Source of the DNA: an uncultured Planctomycetia bacterium
GTDB lineage: Bacteria > Omnitrophota > Gorgyraeia > 2-02-FULL-51-18
Length of the DNA stretch: 64,000 nt
Direction of reading: 5' to 3'
Assembly: GCA_964606485.1 (NCBI GenBank)
Contig: CAZSGP010000004.1
Coordinates: 230,376 to 294,375, forward strand
In this document: positions 10,748 to 22,800 of the stretch, piece after piece
Layout: every line of letters starts with the position of its first letter
How positions within the stretch are numbered: position 1 is the stretch's first letter
Program-made: the position numbers and the translations under genes
The notes under the pieces: generated by a model
Database searches by the model: none
Told to the model about the DNA's origin: nothing
What the model saw: the letters and a program-made list of their open reading frames with translations, nothing else

Positions 10748-10830
10748 CTTCCTGTATGCAAGGGAAGCGGGAAAATTCTCTCAATTAATAAATTCATTTA
10801 TTATTGGTTTACTAAACCGGGGAACAACTA

Positions 10831-13800
10831 TTGAACGATATTAAATCGCTAGACAATATCGTGGTTCAAGAAAAAAAATTCCGTTCCAATTTTGGAATCG
10901 GACTGCGGAGTATTTCCGCACTGCTCGTGCTCACCTTTGTGTTCCAAGAATTTTCTCACGCGCAAGGCGGAACACCCATGTGGTCTGCGGTGACCGATGC
11001 GCGCCAAGCACAAAAATTAGATCCGTCCAAACTTTCCCAGATCACCATTCCCGTTGACTCAGGCCTCACGCGTAAAGCGGTTGCAAAGTCCGGCCAAGAC
11101 GTCATCATCAACATTCAAGACGCTCACTCGAAACTGGGCGCTCAAGAAAGCATTTCGAACATACTTGATAATCTAGTTTCGAATTACAATTTAAATCTCA
11201 TTGCCTTAGAAGGTGCAACCGATCTTGTCGACACGTCGCTCGTTTCCAGTTTCCCGATTGAAGAAGTCCGCCAGAAGACAGGCCGCTACCTATTAAAGGA
11301 AGGCAAGATCTCGGCGGGTGAGTTTTACTCCATGATTAGCGCCAAAAACGTCAAGCTCTACGGCGTGGACGACGCAAGTCTCTACAAAGAAAATCTCGAT
11401 GTGTTCCGCGCTTTGGCTGATCAAAAGAAAGTAGTTCGCGAAGAATTAAAAAATCTTTCGCAAACGCTTAAAACCCTCGAGAGCAAAGTTTACCACTCAG
11501 AACTTTTAGAAATGACTCAGAAACGTCTTCTCCAGCGCAATGGGGACATCAAGTTCACGCAGTACTGGGAGCATTTTAGCGGTTTAGCCAAGTCGCACCA
11601 GGTGGATTACTCGAAGTATGTGAATCTTAAAAAATTGTCCGACACGGTTAGTTTGGAAAAGGAAATTGATTTCCGCGCGGCGGGCTTAGAACGCGACGCT
11701 CTCGTCAACGAGCTCGGCAAAAAATTAGGCAAGCAAGATTTAGAGAAGCTTGTTCTCGAAGCACTTCAGTTTAAACAAAATAAAATTACGCCCGGCGCGT
11801 TTCACGCAGACTTAGCCGCACTTGCGAAGTCCGCTAACATTGATCCATCCGAATACAAAAACGTTATTTTGTACGCCCAGTACGTGGTGCTCTACGAAAG
11901 CATTGACCTTATTGCCATTTTTGACGAAGTCGAAGCATTTGAAAATGAATTAAAGTCAGCGCTGTTTGTAAATGATGACGAAAGAGCGCTGTCGGATCTG
12001 TCACACTGCGTTCGGATTTTAAGCCAACTGCTCGATACGGTTTTATCTAGCAAAGATTATGAGTTTTATCAGGAACACCGCAATGCCTGCGAAATTTCGA
12101 AAATTGAAGCCACGCTCAGCGCGCTGAATCAAAAATACAACGTATCCGGATCGCGTGTGAATTTTTCAACGCTCAAAGCGTCGATTCCCGATGCTCAAAA
12201 GTTTTACGAACTCGCAAACCGCCGCAACAAGGCGCTGATGGAAAATACACTCAAGCGCATGAAAGAACAAAACGTTCACGTGGCCGCACTCGTCACCGGA
12301 GGTTTTCACTCTGAAGGCATTGCGGAGCTGCTGGACCAAGAAAAATTATCGTACTTGGTCGTCATGCCCAAGTTCGACGAAAAATCTCCCGACCGTCCTT
12401 ACATTGCAATTTTGACACAGAAACCCAGAGAGTACGAAGAAGCGTTTAAGGATTCGGATTTTTATTTGGCGGCCCAGCCGTTATTTGATATTGCACGGTT
12501 TTCTTCCGTAGGTGATCGCAGGGAGTTAGCACGTGTGCTGGGTGGCGTGATCGGTGTGTCGAAGAAAATTTTAGGTTTAGGACAACTCGATGCCGAAACT
12601 GTTCAAAAAGCCGTGGAAAATTATCAAACAAGAGTGTCGGCGCTTCCCGCGGGAATCACGCCTGTTGTTTCGGTGGACGATTGGAAAACTATTCTCACCA
12701 CCACCAAAGTGGCCAAGCAAGGCGACCGTTATGTGGTCAGTGTTGACGGCGCCGAATACGTTTATGGATTAAGCGACGACGCCAAAGAAATCACCGACAT
12801 TCAAAAAGTCACGTCCGGCTCGGCACGCACGACAATTAATTTAGAAATTGCAGAAAGCGCCAAAAAAACTTTTTCGGAATTAAACGCGACTGACGAAGCG
12901 AAAATTATTTCCCGCGTGGTGGAGGCTCTTGCAGTTCGCGCCCAATCCGAAACCATTACCGAAGAACAAATTAGAGCCAAGATTATTCCGATTAGCCGTG
13001 CGGCGAATGTGACGCTTGATCCCGCTGCGCAAGAAAACATTGTCAAAGCCGCTGCGGCGCTTTTGGCACAAATGTCACCGGTGGAAAAACCCATTTCAAG
13101 GCCGGCAATCAAATTAAAAGCGCCGGAAGCTCCGGTGACTGTATTAAAAACAGCACTAACGAGTCCGGTTGCAAAACCCGCGCCTTTTGAAACTCTTTCC
13201 GTAGAGCAGGGGTCAAGATTCGCTTCTCTGGGTAAATGGTTTCACGCAGCAGTTCTCATTGTCTCTGGATTTATTGCCGGATGCGTGGGCGGTTCGAGCA
13301 CGGTGAGTGTGACGCCATTTATTACTGATTTTGGAAGTGGTCAAGTACTCAATAAAAATAAAGATGCTTTTCTTGTCATAAAACTTCCGCACGATATTAA
13401 AAGACTTCAACAATTATCGGTCACGGGGGCGGATGGAAAGCAATATCTAAACTTTATGTTCCGGAACACAACCGGTTCCAACTCCATGATCAGCTCGGTT
13501 CTTTTAAGCGAGGTAGCGGACCTGAACCATCCTAGTTTTGCGGCGGGCATTGATCTTTCGAAAGGAAAGCCCACGGTGGATGACTTTGGAACGGCGCGGA
13601 TTCCGGGTAATTACACGGTTGCTTATGCCACCGGAACTCAAGAAATCATTTTTTCGGAAGTAGAAATTAATTCTTTTACTCAACCTCTGCCTTCGCTGCC
13701 AACACCTCCCGGATCTGTTTTTGTAAAAATCGAGGATAGTGATTTAGATGGCGTGATCAACACATTCCACGACAAGACACATTTTATTAGCCAAAATTTA

Positions 13801-16800
13801 GTCCAAAACGCTGACGCGGGTTTGCAAACCGAGTACATCAGCGTGAATGGAACGACGCGCGATAGTTATTCCTCGGTGGGCGACCTCGCTCTTAATGATT
13901 ATGTTTTAGAAACGAATTTGACTGCACTTGCGGTTCAACAGCCTCTTCCGCCTACAGGCGAACAAAACGAAGGCGTCTATTCGGTTCGGTTTAGAACATT
14001 GGACGGAGATTTGTTTTCGGAGTGGGTTTCAGTGCCGGCGACTTTTACCGTTGGCGCAGGTTTATTTAACGATACTCCGAAATTGCCGACTCCAAACGCT
14101 ACTATTCTTTCAGATCCTCGAAATGCCGATGGCAACGGAGAGGGCGACCTTCCTTTTAATAGTGCGGATCTAGCGGCGTATCAAAATACGGATGACGTAA
14201 ACATTATTTTTGTAAATTCAGATGCTCCTCAAAATTTAACAACACGCACGTTAAGAACCAAAGTTTCCGGGATTACATCTAACAACAATGTGATTTCAGC
14301 GGATTTGACACAGCTCAGTCCACGCGGCGGCACCGCTGAGGCCGGAACGTGGAAAATTTATCTTCAAATCAATAGCCAAGGCGCCAAAACCGGAATTTTG
14401 GAAACTGGGAAAACATTTGTTGTTTTGCCGGGAAAATTCAGCAATACCCCGCGCCTTACGGCACTTTCAAGCAGTTTTTCTACTTCGGCGGATGATTCTG
14501 ACCGCGACGCACTCGCTCTTTTAGGATTTCTGGTTTCCGAAGCCGCTAATTTTTCAGATACGGCTAATTTAGACATTCGTTGGACACATGTGAACGGCGC
14601 TCAGCGTCAAATGGTCGTGATCGGCGCGAAAAACGCAATCACCGTGAATCACGGATTTTTAGAATCCAATCTGACACTGCTTCCGCTTGTTTCCGGTTCT
14701 CCGGAAACGACGGGCACCTGGACTTTGTCTATGCGGTTAGTGGACCAGGGTCAAACGTCCCCATTTTTAGTGACCGGAAAAATAATCGATGTGGACGTGT
14801 TTACAGACAATCCAAAACTAACCGCCGCACCGGCCGATACCATCACCGAGCTTCGCGATGACGATTCGGACGCGCTTATTCAGACGGTTATTCGCACGAA
14901 TGCAATTGCGGCAAACTCGAGTCTTGAAATTTGGTGGGAAGAAGCCACTAGTCACTCCATAAGACAGCAAATTGTGTCGAGTGCCGCTATCACCGCGAAC
15001 AGTGGTTTTATTAATTCAGATTTAATTCAGATGCCGGTGATTTCGGGCCCCGTAGCAACAATTGGAGATTGGAGCCCCCGTCAGTTTAGAGTGATTTCAG
15101 CGGGTGCGACTTCTCAATTCACCACGTCTTCGGTTCCTACGGTGAATGTGAATAGTTTTAGCGCAAATCCCAAACTGTCTGATTTACCCAGCGGCTCGGT
15201 CGTGTCGATCGATAATCCCGACGAAGACATTGTGGGCGTCGTGAACTTTAATGCCACCACTCTTGTTTCCAATGGCGCGCAAGCGACGGATGATGTTGAA
15301 CTTCAGTTTAGAAGTGTTACTGGCAACGACATTATCAGCCAGTTTAATAAAGTTTCCGATATTCAACGCTTAACCGGCATTCAAGTTGATCTTTCGAGCG
15401 GCACAATTATTTCGGGGTCTGCCGGCATCGGACAGTACCGTCTGTTTATTCGCCGCGTGGGAAGAGGTTCTATTTCTGGATTCAGCGATACGGGTCTTAT
15501 CTTTACCGTGAATCATACGACGGATGTTGCACCTGCCGGTTCACGACTTGGAAGTTTTGCTTTCTGGAAAACCATTTTTTCAGCGCTGACCAGCCTTTCT
15601 ATTTTTTCAGGACTTTCCATCATTGGTTGTGCGTGCGGTTCTTCCGGCGGAGGTTCAAACGCGTCAGGGCCATCTGTTTTCACAGCAAAGAGCATAAAAC
15701 ACAAAGAAGAAGCGAGTATTCTGGCGGGCCAATCGGCTGTCGGACTTTCACCGGATCACGATGCGCTGATTCCGGTTCGCAAAGACGCTGCCGGCCAAAT
15801 GATTTACGAGAATCCTTTTACCGGAATTCTTTACCAAGATTCTGATTTGCAAAATCCTTCAGTGGCTTACGGACCAAGCCAATGGAATAAGGTCTACTCG
15901 AGTCTTCTTACGAATGGCATGGCCCATGAACAATCTTTACGCGGCAATACAAGCGTCATGCTGTATCTCGATCCGAATAATTTTGGCACGACGGCGAATG
16001 ACGACGCCGTATTTAATCAATTTAAACTCGACGTCGCTACACTCGACCAGCAGGAGAATATCAAAACGGCGGTGATGAACTGGGCAGGTCTCTATGCTCA
16101 GGAAAATGGACAATTTTTACTGAATAATCCCACTCAAGCCAACAAAGACATCCTCAAAGCGCGCGTGCGGAAATTTGCGCAAGTTTTAAAAGATGTGGCG
16201 CCGTCAGTTGCGTTCGTCGTGCTTGGCAATGAGAACGCCTATTATGTCGAAGGACCGAACGGCGAGCATGCTTATCAGAACCCGGCACTCTTTTTTGGAG
16301 GCAAGATAGATAACACCATTCGCATGACACCGGCTGACTACTATAAATTTATGGTGGAACTGGCGCAGGAGTTTAAGAGTGTGAATCCGGATGTTCGTCT
16401 CGGGTTTGGACACGGCGTCATCGAGGCCCAGCAGGTCGATCAAATGAGAGCGGCCGGCATTCCGAGCGTGTATGACTTTTTAGCGCTCAATCTTTATCCG
16501 GTGGACGTGATTAATCCCGATGGCAATGACGGTTCCATCAACGGTCTTTTCCAAGGCTATCGCGGGAGCATAGAGTTTGCGACACAACTCAAAATGCCTT
16601 ACATCCTAAAAGAATTCGGCAAATCAAACGCAGTGATCGGCCAAGCAGCACAAGGCAATTTTATTCGCGCGGCAATCTCGGCTTTGCTGGGCGGGTTTGC
16701 CTATCATGGAAAACTTTTTCCTCAGCAAAATGCCGGCAACACCCACGCGCTTTTGGGTGTTTATGTGGTTGAAGCTCTGCGTCAGCGCTGGAAAGATCAA

Positions 16801-19800
16801 GAAATCCGACAAGGCGAGTCGGGCCTAGGTCTCTACGCCAAAAATGTGAGCGGTACGGCTGTGACGTTTACGCCCACTCAAGGGGTAACCTTTTTGGATC
16901 AATCTTATAATGCGGCAATTGCCAACTTCAATGATCCCAAACGTTTACTGGCCGATGGCGCGGTGAGTCAGCCAGGTCTAAACGGTTCCTTTTATTCTTA
17001 CGCAGACGGACGTTTTGATTTGAAAGAAACACAAACCTTAGAAATAAAAGTACCGACGAACCAAGCTGGAAATCAATGTGTGGTTCGTATTTTGCCACCC
17101 AGCGCCAATCCAGAATCGCCCGTCGGCTTAGTAGGCCAAGGAACGGTTTTCACGGTGCCGTCCAATGGCATTATTTCCGTGACCTTGAACTCTTCTGAAC
17201 GAATCGATGCAATTCAGATCAGCGTTCATTCCGGTCAAGCTGCCTGGGGACAAACGTTCCGTGCTGGTAACGGAGCTGTGACGATTATCAATATTACGGG
17301 CGGCGCACGCCTTTCAGTTAATTTCAAGAGTCTTCTCTCGGCCGAAGATAAAACCGCTATTCAATCGGTACTCGATCAGCTCATCAACACACCGCTTAAA
17401 GAAATTTTTGGAGTCGATAAAGCTCTAGCGAAAGAGGCAACGCGCGGGCTTTTTAGTGTACGTGTCATGGATTTATCGATGAAGAGTTTGGAAGACGCCA
17501 TGACACAGAGCCCCGCTCAATTAGAAGCCGACTTACAAAAGTTACTGCCAGAAACGCTTCAAGGTCTCCAATCTCAAAACAATCCGCAAGTGGTTGTGAC
17601 GGGTGAGATGGCACGAGCCTACAGAAAAAAACTGGCGCTCATGCTGGTTTCCGATGCTCAGACCAAAGACATTGTTCGTCGGTTACGAATCTATGCTTAT
17701 TATGACCATCGTGAGGAGGTGCTCGATAGAGTAGAAAGTTATCTGATTAGGGTGGAAAACCTGATCGAAAAAGTTACGGACCTCTTAGATCCCAAACAAA
17801 TGGAAAACGTTTTAGATGTATTAAGAACTATTCAAAGACAATCTGGAGATTCCGGGGAATTTGCTGTGAGCTTAGAGGAGCTAAAGTGGGCGCACGAAAT
17901 TGATCCAGGCTTAAATGAATATGAAAATAATAAGCTTAGAAAATATGACGATTTGAGGAGACGGTATACAGAAGCATTTGTTAGAGCTAGCGACTATATT
18001 TTTTCTAAAATCGAGAGTTTGGAGAGCCTAACAAAGACTCCTCAAAAAGATGCCTCGGAGCTCGTGGGCATTATTAGCGCTAGTGCAGACCCTGTGCTTG
18101 AGGTCATTCAAAATTTAGAATCTCGGGGTCAAAAAGACGACGCGCAAAAATTAAAAGATGCCTTTATCCCATTATTCGAAAAGGCAGCTCGTTTTACCGG
18201 CGCGAGGCTCTCTAGCGATCAGGAAAAAAAGAAAAAATTAGAAGAAGCCGTCGCTAAGTTAAAAGCCGTGAATCACCCGACGGCCCCCGTTCAAAAAACG
18301 GCTTATCAAACGGCGCTGGATCTTGTGAATCAGAAATTTGATCAGTTGATTGTCGATGGAAAGTCGGAGCTAGAGCTTGCTGAAGAAATTATTGGCGGCA
18401 CTCCCGAGAAGCCAGTTTCTATAATGAGCGTCAGTAGCGGCGATTTAGAAAAAGTCGCCGATGCGCTTGGGCGCTCCATGCAACACTTTGGAGCTCTTAA
18501 ATCACTACCGCCTATACCCGCCAACCTTGTGTTAAATGCTGACGAAGCAGAGCGTTTAAAAAATGAAAGCCGTGCTTCAATTTCAGAAGACATGAAGCAA
18601 AATGTCCTAAGATACAAGAAGGCAAATGACGCCGTAAAACTGGAGCAAAAAATACGCGATTTAGTTACGCGTTTAAATCGCTTATCTTACGATTCCAATG
18701 AAGTCGTGAGCGGAGATGTAAAAAAACAAATTTCAATCGTGACCGACGGCGCAAGCCCCGCAGTTTTAAGTGATGCACGCGTTACCGAAGCCCTGGGCAA
18801 GGCGAATGACCGCCTGAGCCAACAAAAGAAATCAGAAACACCGGCAGCCATTGCTAAGAGACGCGTGGATGAAAAAGCTTCCCCGATTCTTACACAGGCT
18901 CTTGCGCATATCGATCGTTGGGAAAAGAGGCTGCAAAACGGAGAGATCACGAAGCTTACAGAAAAAGAGCTTGAGCAAGCTACTCAGGATCTCGAAAGTG
19001 CTCGGAAAATTTTAGAACAAGGCATTGAGATTGGCGATGAAATTGTAAAGGATTTAAGCGTCGATAAAGAGGTCCGTAAAACTTTATTAGAAAATGCTAT
19101 AAAAGAAGTTAGTTCTCAGATCGCAATCGAAAAAGCGAAAGTATATAGCCTGCTCGGTAAATTGAGGCTCAATAAAAAACCTGTTCTCGTCCGCGAGCTC
19201 TCTGACGTGATTGGTCCGGCTCTAGAAACACAATTAAAAGAGGCAAGCACGAATGCAGAACGCGTTCGCGGAAAAATCCAGGAATTAAGACAAAAATTGG
19301 ACGGCGCCAAAGCTGAGTTTCAAAAAATATTAGGCATTGAACAAGATATCGCAAACCAAACGAAACGTGTGAAAGAATTGAGCGATAAGTTAGATCAAAT
19401 TAAAGCCACTGTCGCAAAAACGGTTGGACTATTAACAAATCTTTACCAAAAAAAGCTGGAAGGCAAAAAGACTGCAGAAGGTCCGGATTTAGAGAAGATT
19501 CACGAAAAGGCGATCGAAGATCAAACTTCTACGGAAGCGACTTATGACGTTGCTAAAAAATCTTTAGAAAAATTAGTGGATGACAACCGGTCCCTCAGCA
19601 ATCGTAAAGCCGAACTCGATCTTGCTATCAAGCAGATTCCCACCGAAATTGAAAAATTAAATTTAGAACTTAAAAGATATGAAGATAAGGAAAAAAGTAT
19701 TCAAAAGGAAATTAATGATAAAAATGATATCAAAAAATTAAAAGACGAATTCGGAGCTGCGAAGGCCGAGCTAGCCAAAGCACTGGCCGCGGCGAAAGCG

Positions 19801-22800
19801 TCGGATGACGCCAAAAAAACGGCCGATCAACTCGCTGCTCAAGCCTTGGCTGATAAAACGCGCAGCGAAACACAAGCCAAAGAAATGATTGCTAGAGCCA
19901 AAGAGGATCAAGCCAAATCTAAAGAAGAGGCCGATTTCGCCAAGCAAGAAATGATTAAGGCTAATGACGCCTCGGTTAAGGCTAACCGGCAAGCCGCTGA
20001 AGCGCTAGAAGCTAAAGCGGAGAGCGAAAAATTAGCCAAAGAAATGAACGCAAGACTTGAAGCTGCTGTTGCTACTGCTAACAAAGAAGTAGCGGAAGCT
20101 AAGGCCGCGCAAGCTCAGGCACAAACCGAAGCCGCAAACGCGAGAAACGCGCAAGACCGTGCATTGGCGGCCGCCAAAGCATCCGATGATGCGCGTAAAA
20201 CAGCCGATGTAAAAGCACGCGCCGCCGAAGACGCCAAAAAAGTTTCCGACGAGAAAGCAGCTAAGGCCGTAGCCGCCGAAGAAAAGGCAAAGGCTGATGC
20301 CAAAGAACTCGTTCGTATAGCCAAGCTAGATGAAGCAAAAGCTAAAGAAGAAGCACAAGACGCAAAGAAGGCTAAAGACGCCGCAGAACTTGCCGCTAAA
20401 GCCGAAGGTGACAGCGCTTCTGCAGCACTCGCTGCTAAAAATAAATCTGAATTTGAAGCAGCGGCTGCCATCAAAAAAGCACAAGACGCCGAAGCGGTTG
20501 CTAAAAAAGAAGCTGCTGAAGCGAAAGTCGCACAAGTTAAAGCTGATGATGCGCGCAAAGCCTCGGACAAAAGCGCAAAAGATTCTTTTGATGCAAAACT
20601 CAAAGCGGAAAAGGAATTAGCTTCTGCAAAAGCGGATCAAGCAAAGGCTGATGCCGATAAGACGTCGGCTCTCGCCCAAAAAGAGGCCATTGAAAAACAT
20701 CTATTAGATGCACAGTCGGCTAAAGCCGCAGCTGATAAAACCTTAGCGGAGTATAAGTCCGCCGGCGGTGAACGCATTCGTAAAGCCATAGCTGCTGAAG
20801 CGGCTGCTAAAAAAGAAGCCCAAGATTATTTAGGAGCTAAAATTAAAGCAGAAGCTGAACGTGCCGCCGCAGAAAATGCAAAGACTGAGGCGCAAAAAGC
20901 GGCCGAAGCAGCTCTTGCCGCACAAAAAACAGCGGAAGAGTCAGCACGCGCCGCTCAAGCTGCCAAAAAAACGTCCGACGAGAAAGCCGCTGCTGCTAAA
21001 ACCGCCGAAGAAAAAGCAAAGGCTGATGCCAAAGAACAAATTCATTTAGCAAAACAGAATCAGGCTAAAGCTGAAAAAGAAGCACAAGACGCAAAGACAG
21101 CTAAAGACGCCGCAGAACTTGCTGCTAAAGATGCCGACCAAAAAGCCAAAGATGCTCTTAAAGCTAAGGGTGAAAGCGAAGAACTAGCCAAGAAAATGAA
21201 TGAAAGACTAAAGGCAGCCGAGGCTAACGCAAAGAAAGAAACCGAAGAAGCCGATCAAGCGCGTAAACTTGCGGAGGCAGCAGCGACCCAAGCCAAAGAA
21301 GCAGAGCAGAAAGCACTCGCCGCTGCGAAGGCCGCGGATGAGGCGCGTCAAAAAGCGGAAGCTTTAGCAAACGAGAGTGAAGTTAAGAGAAACCTAGAAG
21401 AGCTAAGAGCGAATGCTAAAGACAAAGCCTCGAAGGAAATTGCAGAGCGTGCCGCCAAAGCCGAAGCGAAACTGGGTGTTGCGGAGAGCAAAGTTTCTGA
21501 CATGGCCGGAAAGTTTTTAGCGCAAATGACCGCTGCCGGTGAAAAATTAGATCTTTTGATGAACTCCGGCGAGATAGACCCCATCGAACTTGCAAAAGCG
21601 GAGACAGAGTTTCAAAGCGCCTCCGCTCTTTACAATGAAATCATGTCTCTTGGAGCAAGACTCGCGGACGATGCAGACAAACTTAAAAAAATTCAGGATG
21701 CCGCGACTAAACTAAAACAAGAGCTCGAAGCGAAGATGAAGGCTGTTCAGGCGAAGAAAGCCGCACAAGACGCCGCAAAGGCCGCTGAAGCTGCAAAAAC
21801 TCCATTTGATAAAGCCATCGTCGCGGTTGGTGCGACTTCCATCGGGCAAGGACAAAGAGCGTATTTTGATCTTGAAAAGCACATCGAGATAGCCGGATAC
21901 CTGCTTTATTTCATTAACGAAAATGAAGCCGTAAAATTCACGGTAAAAGACGGAAAAGTTTTCGCGCAAAAAATGATTGTGGTCAAATCTCAACCCGAAG
22001 ACACCGACGGTGAGCTTGCTCCTGTCGGCGACCCGGTTTTCTTTGGAGAAGAGACGGCTGACCAGCAAGAAAATGAATCTCAAAAATTCTTAGCCGTGAA
22101 GTTTTGGGTCAAGAACGGAAAACTTTATTTTGAGCCGCAAGAAAAAGACGTGGAAGTCGCGGCTTTAGAAAAAACTCATTTCAAGGAATTTGACTTAATT
22201 CAAGCGGATCGCGATTTCAAGGTAGGTGATTTCGTTATCGAGTATCTGCCGGGGCTCAAACAAACCGAAAAAATTATGAGCGGCTCCGATACCAATGACA
22301 ATTTAGACAGCGTTCCAGATTTTGTGGAATGCATCAAGGGTGTTGTGATCGGTGTGACGCCTGAAGGCTTGGTTCACGTCATGAATATCACCCATAAAGA
22401 TTCCAATATGTTTAAGAGTGGTCTAAAAAATCCCAAAACCGATCTTTTCTGGAAATGGAATTCAAAATATCCGCTCACCCCTGATTCAATAGACGCACCC
22501 TTTGCTTCTCAGGCCAACATGGCCCGCACGAGCGAGCTTATGGAAAATATTTTAGGCGTCAGCATCAATGAAATCTTAAGCGGACCGGTGATTGATTTCT
22601 CGCCGCAAGCAAGCCAGGCAAGAATTGAGGCTAAAAAGGCCGCCGCCCAAAAAGCGAAGGAAGAAGCCGAAGCGCAAAAAGCATATCTGAATCGTCCGTT
22701 CACCATGGACGATCTCGACAATAAAAAACCTCCCTTTATAGAATCCGACGGAATCAACACGCTCGCTGAACGTCAAAATGATTATTTTGAATCGGAAACT

